A stretch of DNA of 64,000 bases. Origin: a virus (taxonomy: Duplodnaviria; Caudoviricetes). The DNA is taken from IMG/VR virus record IMGVR_UViG_3300043009_000039, positions 1-64,000 of that record, one strand, 5' to 3'. Positions 48,243-57,273 of the stretch are shown in pieces; within the stretch, counting starts at the first letter, position 1, and every line of letters begins with the position of its first letter. The position numbers were made by a program, and so were the translations under genes. The notes beneath the pieces are model-generated. The model was not told the DNA's origin. It did not search any database and worked only from the letters and a program-made list of their open reading frames with translations.

Positions 48243-48527
48243 TTAGAGTCTGCTGTAATATTTCAACAACGCGGCACAAATGTAGTAGTCATTGTAGTAT
48301 CGCATCCATCCGCCGCTTATGAGCATATCGTTTATCTCGCTGTCACGGAGCTTTCTTGTTTCCCGCTCTTCGATATACGATACTTTCATTGTTTCCTCAT
48401 CAACCGCCTCGATTTTGAACAACCCGTGACACAAACGGTCGTCGTCATCATCCGTGAGTTGTTTGAGGGCGTCATAAACATCTTCTGCACTGTATGCAAA
48501 TTCTACGGTTTTTTCTTTTGTTTCCAT
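48243..48527 (-). CDS. Early cassette 24, hypothetical (start METKEK)
   Basis: The leader motif fixes the start at 48527. Confidence 0.75.
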   Translation of the reverse strand: METKEKTVEFAYSAEDVYDALKQLTDDDDDRLCHGLFKIEAVDEETMKVSYIEERETRKLRDSEINDMLISGGWMRYYNDYYICAALLKYYSRL

Positions 48528-48574
48528 AATTCTTGTTTTTATTGGTTGGTTGCGGGCGGCATTAACCGCCACAA

Positions 48575-48859
48575 TTAAGGCAATGTTACGTAATAAAATC
48601 CGCACCCCTCTTTGATAAAATTAAAACCGTTCTGTCTAACCCAGTCAGCAAAGCCGATAAAATATTTACCGTTTACCTCCAAATACTCCCCGTAAATGGT
48701 TTTCCCGATTTTCGCGTCCGGTCTATCGAGGTAAAGATATTGAAATTCAATCCGTACACGAGTTTTTCCTTTCATAAAGAGTTCTGTGAGGTACTTTTCG
48801 ATTTGGCTGTAATCCAAATCTTTCGTCAAATCTGCTTTAATCTTTTGTGCTAAGTTCAT
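48575..48859 (-). CDS. Early cassette 23, hypothetical
   Basis: ORF with hairpin/leader. Confidence 0.75.
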   Translation of the reverse strand: MNLAQKIKADLTKDLDYSQIEKYLTELFMKGKTRVRIEFQYLYLDRPDAKIGKTIYGEYLEVNGKYFIGFADWVRQNGFNFIKEGCGFYYVTLP

Positions 48860-48909
48860 AATATGTAAGTTTTAGTTGGCAATTGTTAGCGGTCTGTGAC
48901 CGCTATCTT

Positions 48910-49238
48910 TCAATCGGTTAAAAAAACGTGATTCATCAATTGTTTCGGCACGCTTAACAGAACCGGGACAACCCACACGCCCCCGAAGGATTCATTATCA
49001 TTCAGCGCTTCGGCAAGCTCTTCGTATGAAAAAATCCAAGCTCTTCTTCGGAATAAATCTCTTCCTCGGTAAGATTGAATGTTTTTTCCATCAATTCAAG
49101 CGCGTCAATATTGTCATCGAACTTCTCCAAGTAGAACGCTTCAACGAATTTGCTTCTTTCGATTTCTTTACCGTTAACCGATATAGGACATACGAGAAAG
49201 AACGGTTCGTAACCGTCATGAGTCATAGTAATCTTCAT
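48910..49238 (-). pseudogene. Early cassette 22, frameshifted at a T6 tract (49029-49034)
   Basis: Frame 0 stops at 49002; the -1 frame continues SYEELAEALNDNESFGGVWVV... to a TGA at 48910 next to the following hairpin. Confidence 0.6.
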
Positions 49239-49292
49239 AATTATAAATTTTAGTTGGTTAATAATGTGGCCGGCCCGAAAGCCAGCCAATGT

Positions 49293-49577
49293 TTATGAAA
49301 GAGTGAAGTTGCCACGGTATAGCTTGAACACCATCGCTTGCGCTGTGTCGTACAATTTATCAAGGACTTGATTCTGCTCCTTTCGATGAGCCTTGTATTG
49401 CTCTTCGCTTGTAATCACTCCTTCAGCGATGAGCCTTTTTGTCTCGGCAACCTGCTTGGAGATAATCGCAATCTCGAGTCGTCTGTACTGGTCTCTGATT
49501 TCGAATATCGACTTGCCATTCGGCTGTAACTTCACCCATGAGGCTAATTTTTTGCCTACATTGAATCTCTGTTTCAT
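49293..49577 (-). CDS. Early cassette 21, hypothetical
   Basis: ORF with hairpin/leader. Confidence 0.75.
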   Translation of the reverse strand: MKQRFNVGKKLASWVKLQPNGKSIFEIRDQYRRLEIAIISKQVAETKRLIAEGVITSEEQYKAHRKEQNQVLDKLYDTAQAMVFKLYRGNFTLS

Positions 49578-49629
49578 AATTTCTATTTTATTGGTTAAAC
49601 ATTGGCGAGCGGAGTAATCCGCTCATTGA

Positions 49630-50040
49630 TTACCACTTAACTTGTTCTACCTCGTCAAGCTCTTTGCGAATCGTGTCTATCAGCTTTCGAGTCAAAGTAA
49701 CATCTTCGCACCCATACTCTATAACGGACGGACATTGGTTAATCAGCGATATTACGCCTTGTGTAACCATTAAGACCATGTAATCTTCAGGGTCGTCAAA
49801 CGGGTCTGTATAAGGGCCGCTGAGAACATCCCTTTCAAATTTCCAATAAGCCGACGCATCGGCACGCCATTCGCACAAGTATTCCAAGGCAAGCTCTTCG
49901 GACTCGGTGAGCGTGCCGTTGTAGTTTATGTCGTCCATAATGTAATCGCCTATATCACTTGCTTTGACTTCCATATCTTCTTTCCAAGGCAACTGCATTT
50001 TAGCCATTTCGCGGCAGTAATCAGTGAAATTCTTTTTCAT
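49630..50040 (-). CDS. Early cassette 20, acidic hypothetical
   Basis: 136 aa, D/E-rich. Confidence 0.75.
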   Translation of the reverse strand: MKKNFTDYCREMAKMQLPWKEDMEVKASDIGDYIMDDINYNGTLTESEELALEYLCEWRADASAYWKFERDVLSGPYTDPFDDPEDYMVLMVTQGVISLINQCPSVIEYGCEDVTLTRKLIDTIRKELDEVEQVKW

Positions 50041-50089
50041 AATTGTAAAGTTTTAAGTTTAGTTGTGAGCGGTAATAACCGCTCATTGA

Positions 50090-50632
50090 TTAGAAAGTGA
50101 GCACAAATTTATCATACGTATCCGAGTCCGCCACCTGCTCCATCTTCCCGCCAAGAAAGACGGCAACACCATAGTAGCAGCTCATCCCGCAACCGCTTTC
50201 AAAGTATGGTCGGAATCCGCCGTTACCGTAGTGTGCGCCAAGCGGGGCTTTTTTAGCTTTTCTTCTGCAACGCCACAACATTCCGCGGCATAACTGATTC
50301 ATTACGTCGGCTACCACGGTGGATTTTTTGTCGTAGCCCCAACCGCTGCAAGTGGCAGAGGCTTGCTTCCAATGTCCGTCGGAATACTGCGCCCATGCGG
50401 TGGCGTGCGGGTTGTAGCCCCAAGTTTTGTTGCGCTTCCATTCGATGTCGATTTCAAGCCGCTTTACGGGAAGCTCTTTATCCATCTGCTCAAATTCATC
50501 GTTTGCTCTCTTCAGCTCACCTCGTATGCCTCGCATCGTGGCTTTCTTTGAGTACTTTACGATATGTTCGATACACTTTACGGTAAGGTACGGATAGTCG
50601 TTTCTCAGGCTCTTTAATTCTTTGCGTGTCAT
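50090..50632 (-). CDS. Early cassette 19, hypothetical
   Basis: 180 aa; EWKRNKTWGYNP...SGWGYDK.S motif. Confidence 0.8.
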   Translation of the reverse strand: MTRKELKSLRNDYPYLTVKCIEHIVKYSKKATMRGIRGELKRANDEFEQMDKELPVKRLEIDIEWKRNKTWGYNPHATAWAQYSDGHWKQASATCSGWGYDKKSTVVADVMNQLCRGMLWRCRRKAKKAPLGAHYGNGGFRPYFESGCGMSCYYGVAVFLGGKMEQVADSDTYDKFVLTF

Positions 50633-50686
50633 AATTTCAAGTTTTTAATTGGTTAGTAATGGGTGTCGGGTCGCCCCGACAAATAA

Positions 50687-51031
50687 TCAAAACGTTTCGG
50701 AATGAACCCAAACGTTCCGTATTTCTATACGGATATACATTTCTCCGTTCTGATTAAAAACGTACATGTCGGTAAACTCATTCCATAGGTGAGTCCCATC
50801 GTGCCCGTTATGCACGGCTGTTATTTTAGTTATGTCGCCCCACGTCAGACGCTCTGCGATTTTACTATTCATAAAGTCACGCGCAAGCGCTTCGGTCTTG
50901 AAAGTGAAGCTGTCGATATTCGGCATGCGGGTTATTTTCGACGGTGTGTAATTTCCGCACATTTCGCCCAATCCTGAATAAGTTTCTTCAATGATACTTA
51001 CCACATAAACGTATTCTCTTTTATTTTCCAT
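50687..51031 (-). CDS. Early cassette 18, hypothetical
   Basis: ORF with hairpin/leader. Confidence 0.75.
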   Translation of the reverse strand: MENKREYVYVVSIIEETYSGLGEMCGNYTPSKITRMPNIDSFTFKTEALARDFMNSKIAERLTWGDITKITAVHNGHDGTHLWNEFTDMYVFNQNGEMYIRIEIRNVWVHSETF

Positions 51032-51065
51032 AATTTAAAAGTTTAATTGGTTGATTGCAAGGGGA

Positions 51066-51386
51066 TTACTCCCCTTTTTTGAACAGCTTGATTAAGACTT
51101 TGTCGCCTCTCTTGTAATAGCAGTGTTCGATTTCAAAGTGACTGTTCAACCGCCACTCCATTTCACCGAACGCTTTTGCGTATTCATTGTTGTCGTCGGC
51201 TTTCGAATAGTAGAAGAGAAGCTCGTCCGAGCCGTATTCCCATCCGAGAATTACGGGCGTTCGGCATATAAAGCCAACTGCACGGCATTCTTCGAAAATA
51301 TACTTGTCGTCGAATACCAAATTGCAAATCTTCTTCACTAACTTGTCGTCGTAGTCAAATACTGCGGGATTCAATTCTTCTTTCAT
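51066..51386 (-). CDS. Early cassette 17, hypothetical
   Basis: ORF with hairpin/leader. Confidence 0.75.
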   Translation of the reverse strand: MKEELNPAVFDYDDKLVKKICNLVFDDKYIFEECRAVGFICRTPVILGWEYGSDELLFYYSKADDNNEYAKAFGEMEWRLNSHFEIEHCYYKRGDKVLIKLFKKGE

Positions 51387-51432
51387 AATCTTTAAGTTTA
51401 ATGTTGGTTGCGGGCGGAATACTCCGCCCTTT

Positions 51433-51759
51433 TCAATCTTTGTGGTAAAAGGTTAGAAAGTAATTGTAGCTCGTTTTCCGAGTGTCTACGTAAATATCTT
51501 CGGGTAACGACTGTTTGACCGCCTCGATTCTGTCCTCCAACCGTTTCATGGAAGCCACGCTGATTGGCGATTCGGCCACGCATATCTTCAGGCGGTTGGT
51601 CGTTACGGCGTATGTGGCGCAGATTGGGACATTTGCGGCATAGCCGACCGACATTTCCTGCGACACTACTCTTGTGTCGAGGCGGCGGCCCTCGTCGAAC
51701 AACTCATCATAGATTTCACTTACCGAGATTGATTTTCCGTTTAATAATGCTCTCATCAT
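51433..51759 (-). CDS. Early cassette 16, hypothetical
   Basis: ORF with hairpin/leader. Confidence 0.75.
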   Translation of the reverse strand: MMRALLNGKSISVSEIYDELFDEGRRLDTRVVSQEMSVGYAANVPICATYAVTTNRLKICVAESPISVASMKRLEDRIEAVKQSLPEDIYVDTRKTSYNYFLTFYHKD

Positions 51760-51809
51760 AATTCAAAAGTTTTTAGGTGTGCGGTAGGCAAAGATAGCCT
51801 ACCTTTTGT

Positions 51810-52454
51810 TTAATACGGCGTCCCATCTTCAAGAAACTCGTATTCGTTCAAATTCAGTTCTTCTTCGACCGCCTCGTCCGAATAGCCCCAATCCACGTCG
51901 TCACCGTAGGCATCGGCCAAGGCGTCCACGCTTTTCTGTATCAAATCCTCCATCGTCGTATCGTTGTCGGGATGCTTCATGTAATCGACAATCGGCTGTA
52001 TCACCTCATAGTCGCAGCATACGCCCGTGAGCGGATAACTTGCCTCGGCGTCGTCGTACATTATTCGGCTCTTGCGCTGTTTCTTGTAGTCGCCCCGATA
52101 GAATGTACGCGGCTTGACCAAATACGGCATGATGTTGTTGCGTATGTACCGTTGAAGCAGTTTGCCGGACAACTCTTCAAGGCAGAGGTATTCGCTACCG
52201 TCCTCGGTGTCTATCATGTAGCACCAAGAGTCGTCGTTGAACTTCGGGCTGAACCATGTGCGTCCGCGGTCGTCTTTCACGTCGATACGTATGTCAAGCA
52301 GCTTCTCGAAAGCCTTGAGCGTTCCGATATAGTCGTCGGCGATACATTCTTCGTGATATGCGGCGCATTCGCCTCGCTTTGATTCAATCGCTTTTTTCTT
52401 TGCTTCTTCGGAAAGTTCGTCGTACTTGTAAAGTTTTACTTCTAAGGTTCTCAT
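51810..52454 (-). CDS. Early cassette 15, acidic protein of the widespread Y.YDELSEEAK.KAIE family
   Basis: 214 aa; LYKYDELSEEAKKKAIE start, NEYEFLEDG end. Confidence 0.8.
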   Translation of the reverse strand: MRTLEVKLYKYDELSEEAKKKAIESKRGECAAYHEECIADDYIGTLKAFEKLLDIRIDVKDDRGRTWFSPKFNDDSWCYMIDTEDGSEYLCLEELSGKLLQRYIRNNIMPYLVKPRTFYRGDYKKQRKSRIMYDDAEASYPLTGVCCDYEVIQPIVDYMKHPDNDTTMEDLIQKSVDALADAYGDDVDWGYSDEAVEEELNLNEYEFLEDGTPY

Positions 52455-52501
52455 AATTTCAAGTTTTAAGTTGGTTAATCGCGAGGGGCGAACCCCTCAA
52501 T

Positions 52502-52729
52502 TTACAAGACCTCGTGAGGCAGAACAGTGTCACGCGATACAACGTCGAACTCATGTGTGGAGCCGTTCAATTTAAGCCCGTAAATGTGCGCGTATTGGAT
52601 TTCTCTCGCCCACATGGATAGATTATCCAACTGCATCCTAAAACGCCTTAGAGCGGCATTTTTAGAGGTAAATATGGCTTTATAGCCGCAGGTCTGTCTG
52701 TCGAAAATTCTCAATTCATAAATTATCAT
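52502..52729 (-). CDS. Early cassette 14, hypothetical
   Basis: ORF with hairpin/leader. Confidence 0.7.
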   Translation of the reverse strand: MIIYELRIFDRQTCGYKAIFTSKNAALRRFRMQLDNLSMWAREIQYAHIYGLKLNGSTHEFDVVSRDTVLPHEVL

Positions 52730-52778
52730 AGCTTCTAAGTTTTATTGGTTGGTTGCAGACGGATTGCTCCGTCTTGAT

Positions 52779-52970
52779 TCAATATCCCTGCAGGTACGAC
52801 GGGGCTTCGTCGTCCTCGGTTTCACAAGCTCTGTGACGTTCCACAATTTCACAGTTGCAACCGTAGTTCATGAGCAGTTCTTCGCGCACGTCCGACGCTT
52901 CTTCGTATGTGTCGAAACAATCTTCAATGCATCCCGCGGCTTTATTCCAAAGTTCAAATTCAGTGTACAT
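52779..52970 (-). CDS. Early cassette 13, small acidic protein
   Basis: The leader fixes the ATG at 52970. Confidence 0.7.
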   Translation of the reverse strand: MYTEFELWNKAAGCIEDCFDTYEEASDVREELLMNYGCNCEIVERHRACETEDDEAPSYLQGY

Positions 52971-53013
52971 AATCAATTAGTTTTAGTTGTGAGCGGATTG
53001 CTCCGCCCGTGAT

Positions 53014-53532
53014 TCATTGTTGACCCCAATAAGTCCATGTTTTAACCTTTGACATTCCGTAGCGTTTGAGGTACGTCCGAAGTCGTTTCTCGAACTTGTC
53101 GCGTTCTTCGCGAACAAATCGTTCAAGCGGCTCGTAATCCTCTTCTTTCGGTTCGATACAGCTGTCGTAGTTGTGCCCCGAAATTCCGTAGATGTTCGCC
53201 TCTTTATAGGCGGTCATTTCGTAATGGTAGAGGTAGACTTCGCGTTTGGCGATACACTCGAGCATCCAGTCGTATTCGCGAAGATTCTCTTTCATGAAGT
53301 AGTCTTCGCTTGTACGCGCGTATTCAGCTTGTTCGACCGCTCTGTTATAATCGAAGCTGTCGTCAAAGCAGAACTTTGTCTCAATGCGCGGCTTGCCTAT
53401 AATTACGATTTTACCGTCGTCAAGTTTGATTGCATTCGAGAATCCCCGCATCATATATTCGGGGTTAAGGCCCATCTTTTCATATTCGCGCATGATTTCA
53501 TCCTGCAATTCATGTTGCTTGATATTCTTCAT
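53014..53532 (-). CDS. Early cassette 12, hypothetical
   Basis: 172 aa. Confidence 0.8.
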   Translation of the reverse strand: MKNIKQHELQDEIMREYEKMGLNPEYMMRGFSNAIKLDDGKIVIIGKPRIETKFCFDDSFDYNRAVEQAEYARTSEDYFMKENLREYDWMLECIAKREVYLYHYEMTAYKEANIYGISGHNYDSCIEPKEEDYEPLERFVREERDKFEKRLRTYLKRYGMSKVKTWTYWGQQ

Positions 53533-53633
53533 AATTCTAAGTTTTAGTTGGTTAAACAGTACGCGGCAACAGCTCGGGCCGCCGCCGCGTTTTTTAAGGC
53601 TGTACTATACAGCCCTCGCCAAATACCTCTCGG

Positions 53634-53969
53634 TTAATTCTTATACACCCTTTGGTTAATTCTTTTCACATACAGCGACCACGTTGTAAAGTGATTGGTT
53701 TCAAGGCATTGGCACGTCACACGGCCTATCAGGTCGCAATAGCCCTTTGTTTCGGGCGTGTTCATGTAGGATTCCGTGATTCGGTAAGTTCTTTCGGGTT
53801 CGCCGGGCGCTCTGTAAAACCACGAGCCGCAGCGCACACCGTATTCGATTTCCCGCATCTGTTCCTTTGCTTTCTTCAAACTTGTAAATGCAAATGTCGG
53901 AATGGAGCATGATTGCCACGTACTGCCTTCAGTCCACTGATGTTCGTTGATAATATAAATATAATCCAT
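53634..53969 (-). CDS. Early cassette 11, hypothetical
   Basis: ORF with hairpin/leader. Confidence 0.75.
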   Translation of the reverse strand: MDYIYIINEHQWTEGSTWQSCSIPTFAFTSLKKAKEQMREIEYGVRCGSWFYRAPGEPERTYRITESYMNTPETKGYCDLIGRVTCQCLETNHFTTWSLYVKRINQRVYKN

Positions 53970-54030
53970 AATGATAAGTTTTATTGGTTTAACACGGCAG
54001 ACGGTCTTTCAACCGTCTTTTTGCGGATAA

Positions 54031-54402
54031 TTACTCATCTTCGTCGTCGTAGCTCATCTCGATACAGTCGTGCCAATCGCCGTCGGCGTATATTTCGTCG
54101 GAGTAATAATCCGCCTCCCACTCCACGTCCTCTTCACTTGCAGACACAAATCTTCCGTTGGCGTCCTGCAGGATATAGCGGTCGGCGAGGTTCACTTGTC
54201 CGCCCCGCAGGTCGCGCACGAGTTCCATCGGATTGTCTTTGTATCGCTGAATATTAAAGAAATCTTCGTTCAGCTCATGCCACACACAATCGTAGTATCT
54301 CTGATTCTCGAAATATCGGTTCAGCAGGGCCAATCGTTGGCCATGTGTCAGACTCTTAAATTTTTCTTTCCATGCTTCGCGGCGAGAATATTCTTTTTCC
54401 AT
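54031..54402 (-). CDS. Early cassette 10, acidic hypothetical
   Basis: 123 aa, D/E-rich C-terminus. Confidence 0.75.
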   Translation of the reverse strand: MEKEYSRREAWKEKFKSLTHGQRLALLNRYFENQRYYDCVWHELNEDFFNIQRYKDNPMELVRDLRGGQVNLADRYILQDANGRFVSASEEDVEWEADYYSDEIYADGDWHDCIEMSYDDEDE

Positions 54403-54464
54403 AATTCATAAGTTTAATCGGTTAATAATTGCAAGAGGTCGGTCGGGAAACCAACCTCTTCGGC

Positions 54465-54770
54465 TCAGACAAGTTCAATGTCGATTCCATACGGAAGCGA
54501 TTCGCTATTTTCGTAATAGTCGAATTTATACGTAGGTCTAAGGCCCAGTTCGCGTTTACATAAGCGTTTTTCTATCACCTGCTTTATCTTCCCCTCGTCG
54601 ATTACTTTCGTAAGTTCGACTTCGTAATGTGGCGTAGACGTACCGATTGTTTCGTGCGTGATTCGTGCAATTGCAACAAGTCCGTGGAACTTGTCATAAA
54701 AATAGATGCCGCTCGCCGCGAACACTACGTACATTTCAACTCCGTAATTCTTGGTTCTTAAAAATTCCAT
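54465..54770 (-). CDS. Early cassette 9, hypothetical (start MEFLRTK)
   Basis: The leader fixes the ATG at 54770. Confidence 0.7.
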   Translation of the reverse strand: MEFLRTKNYGVEMYVVFAASGIYFYDKFHGLVAIARITHETIGTSTPHYEVELTKVIDEGKIKQVIEKRLCKRELGLRPTYKFDYYENSESLPYGIDIELV

Positions 54771-54832
54771 AACTGTAAATTTATTGGTTAGCTGTAAGAG
54801 GTCGCGTGACGACACACAACCTCCGATTCGTT

Positions 54833-55102
54833 TCATTTGTCAAGCGTGCAAGTCGCATAGTAAGGCGAAAAGCAACCGTCTTTATAAAGCGACGCCGCAT
54901 AGCCCCGACGGGTCTTGTAGACTTTCACGCAGCCCGATTCATACGAGCTTCGTTCTTTGCACACAAAGCCCCCTACCGCCTTGTAGGTTTTCGGCTTCTT
55001 TTCTTTCGGTTTGATTGAACCCGCGTAATGCATTGTCACGCCCGTAAACAGTTCGCCGTTTACCTTAAAAGGCTTTTCAGAGGTAAGTTTGTAAGTTTTC
55101 AT
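54833..55102 (-). CDS. Early cassette 8, basic hypothetical
   Basis: ORF with hairpin/leader. Confidence 0.7.
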   Translation of the reverse strand: MKTYKLTSEKPFKVNGELFTGVTMHYAGSIKPKEKKPKTYKAVGGFVCKERSSYESGCVKVYKTRRGYAASLYKDGCFSPYYATCTLDK

Positions 55103-55162
55103 AATTCAGTAGTTTTATTGGTTCGTGGAAGAGGGCGTGTTTTCGGGCACACCCTCCGTAAT

Positions 55163-55288
55163 TCAGTCGATTTCGACCGTCGAATCGTTCAAATCCACGT
55201 GCGCGTATAAATCTTCGGCAAAGTCGGGTTCTATAAACTCTTCAAATACGCGCAATTCGCCTTGGAAATAAATAGTTCCGTCAAGCAT
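55163..55288 (-). CDS. 41-aa acidic peptide coupled to cassette 7
   Basis: MLDGTIYFQGELRVFEEFIEPDFAEDLYAHVDLNDSTVEID; stop abuts the next hairpin. Confidence 0.6.
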   Translation of the reverse strand: MLDGTIYFQGELRVFEEFIEPDFAEDLYAHVDLNDSTVEID

Positions 55289-55466
55289 TTTTGTTTCCTC
55301 CCTTCTTTTCGTCGGTCGGGTCTATTATTTCCCCTATCGGAAACACGCCCATAAGGCCCGACAGAAACGCCAAATAGCAAACATCCGTGCCCATAAAGTT
55401 GTAGAACACAAACACGGCGAAAGCTTCAAAGAATACAAACAGAAGAAACAGATAAATCGTTCTCAT
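55281..55466 (-). CDS. Early cassette 7, small membrane protein
   Basis: 61 aa, two hydrophobic helices. Confidence 0.7.
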   Translation of the reverse strand: MRTIYLFLLFVFFEAFAVFVFYNFMGTDVCYLAFLSGLMGVFPIGEIIDPTDEKKGGNKNA

Positions 55467-55529
55467 AATTCATAAAGTTTTATTGGTTGGTAACAGTAAG
55501 CGGTTCGACCCCGAAAGAGCCAAACCGCC

Positions 55530-55790
55530 TTAATTCATTCCCATCCCCACGGACACAGCTCGCCCGCGGGGGGTAATCTGCCACGACAGTTCGTTCCTGC
55601 CGTCGTAGATAGTCCATCCGATGCCGTTGTCGCCCCTTTTATGCAGGGCGATATGCAGACAGCGGCGCACGATTCGCTTCAGTTCGGTTGAGTGTAAAGT
55701 CTTACAGAAACTTTCACTCGCGATAATTGCGGAAAACTCACCCTTTCGGGCAAAGTTCGTCCATGCGATTTCATCGTAAAAGGTTTTCAT
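55530..55790 (-). CDS. Early cassette 6, hypothetical (start MKTFYDE)
   Basis: The leader fixes the ATG at 55790. Confidence 0.7.
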   Translation of the reverse strand: MKTFYDEIAWTNFARKGEFSAIIASESFCKTLHSTELKRIVRRCLHIALHKRGDNGIGWTIYDGRNELSWQITPRGRAVSVGMGMN

Positions 55791-55851
55791 AAATAGTTTT
55801 ATTGGTTGGTTCGGAGAGGGTTCGCCCCGATACGGTTTGAACCCCCTGATT

Positions 55852-56037
55852 TCAGGCGAACATATCGTACAGTTCTTCAAGGCGTGCCTTTGCGTCCTCG
55901 ATTCGGGCGAATAGAGTCGTTCGGTTCCAGTACTCGAAGTGATTCTTTTCACCTACTGTTTCAAACGAAATTTCGGCTACTTGTCCGTCGTGTTCGTAGC
56001 TGTTCCATGCCACGTAATAGTAAGTTTTTGCTTTCAT
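55852..56037 (-). CDS. Early cassette 5, hypothetical
   Basis: ORF with hairpin/leader. Confidence 0.7.
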   Translation of the reverse strand: MKAKTYYYVAWNSYEHDGQVAEISFETVGEKNHFEYWNRTTLFARIEDAKARLEELYDMFA

Positions 56038-56105
56038 AATTTATTAAGTTTTATTGGTTGGTTAATTCGCAGACGGTTCGACCCCGAAGAATCGAACCCC
56101 CTGAT

Positions 56106-56543
56106 TCAGATTTGGTCCAGAAAGTCGGCCAAGTCTTTTTCCGTAGCTTTCAGTCCGAGCGCACGTTTGCGCATCAGATATTCTTTGATTCCGAATCGGG
56201 ATATAAGAACATCCCGATTTGATTCGTCCTGAAAGAGTCGGTCGATAAGTTCGTCTTGCATAGCAAGCTCGTACTTCAGATTTTCGGCCTCCTGCTTCGA
56301 CGCTTCCAGTTCTTTGCGAGCGTCCTCCAACGCTTTCGCAGTCCCTTTGAGGTCTGCGATAATCGCATAGTTCTTCCGCGCTTCGTTTACCGCGGACACA
56401 AACAAACCCTTTGTGTTTTCAGGGAGTTTGCTCCAAATTTCACAGAACATATTTTTATCTAACTCGCAGAACATATAGATATAGTTCGCAACTTTGTACT
56501 CTTCGGCCTTGCAGCCTCTTTCGATAAATTCATTAAGTAACAT
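56106..56543 (-). CDS. Early cassette 4, coiled-coil hypothetical
   Basis: 145 aa; YMFCELDKNMFCEIW motif followed by heptads. Confidence 0.75.
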   Translation of the reverse strand: MLLNEFIERGCKAEEYKVANYIYMFCELDKNMFCEIWSKLPENTKGLFVSAVNEARKNYAIIADLKGTAKALEDARKELEASKQEAENLKYELAMQDELIDRLFQDESNRDVLISRFGIKEYLMRKRALGLKATEKDLADFLDQI

Positions 56544-56608
56544 AACAGTAAGTTTTATTGGTTAAACGTGGAAAGAGGCTTCAGGATTAAGCCCGAAACC
56601 TCTCTAAT

Positions 56609-56794
56609 TTAAAATTCGAAGTCTGTAAATACCTTGAATGTTCCTTTATGAAACGATTCGTAGTTCGTGTCGTCAAATTTGTAGACGGAATACATTTTGG
56701 TCGCACGGTCGTATTCGCCGCGCACCCAAACAACGGCGGACGATTCTTTCATTTTAAAGAGTTCGCCCTTTTTAAGTTCTGATAATTTTTTCAT
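56609..56794 (-). CDS. Early cassette 3, small hypothetical
   Basis: 61 aa (LSELKKGELF...VWVRGEYDR). Confidence 0.75.
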   Translation of the reverse strand: MKKLSELKKGELFKMKESSAVVWVRGEYDRATKMYSVYKFDDTNYESFHKGTFKVFTDFEF

Positions 56795-56839
56795 AATTCG
56801 TTTGATTGATTCGTAAAGGGTCGAATTGCCCCGACCCGA

Positions 56840-57193
56840 TTAAGCAAAGTAATTCTTTACAGTTTGGTAGTCCAGTCCGTAACGCTTACGTATTCGCGCA
56901 ATTTCGGCGTTAAATTCGCGTGCTGAGTCGAAACAGCACAGTTCGAGGGCTTTAATCAATTCAAGCCCGTAAAGGCTCGGATTATTCACCTCGATAGCTC
57001 GCAGTTCGCCCCGACGGTTTCGGGCGCAATTATCCACGAATTTTATCGTTTCTTTGTACCCTTTGCCCGCCCCTTTCTTTTTTCGGCTCGATACGACGTA
57101 TTTGCCCCGATTTTTCGGTTCAGGCTCGCACGGTTCAGGCTCGCACGCTTTTTTAGCTTTATAAAGCCCTTCATAGTACTCTAATAAGTTCAT
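56840..57193 (-). CDS. Early cassette 2, hypothetical (downstream of the hammerhead)
   Basis: 117 aa. Confidence 0.7.
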   Translation of the reverse strand: MNLLEYYEGLYKAKKACEPEPCEPEPKNRGKYVVSSRKKKGAGKGYKETIKFVDNCARNRRGELRAIEVNNPSLYGLELIKALELCCFDSAREFNAEIARIRKRYGLDYQTVKNYFA

Positions 57194-57214
57194 AATTGTT
57201 TAAGTTTGGTTCAT

Positions 57215-57273
57215 AGTCCGACGCCCAGTAGTAAGGGCGTTTCGTCGCAATTCTCAGCGACTCTTCAGGGACT
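57215..57273 (-). ncRNA. Type I hammerhead ribozyme; predicted cleavage after GUC, between 57220 and 57219
   Basis: Minus strand: AGUCC CUGAAGA GUCGC-UGAGAAUU-GCGAC GAA ACGCCC-UUACUACU-GGGCGU C GGACU; all core nucleotides and three stems present. Confidence 0.88.

Noticed and set aside
55500-56103. Further mini-tRNAs in spacers containing GGTTCRA
   Set aside because: The motif forms the stem of a simple hairpin (GGTTCG/CGAACC); no acceptor stem could be built.
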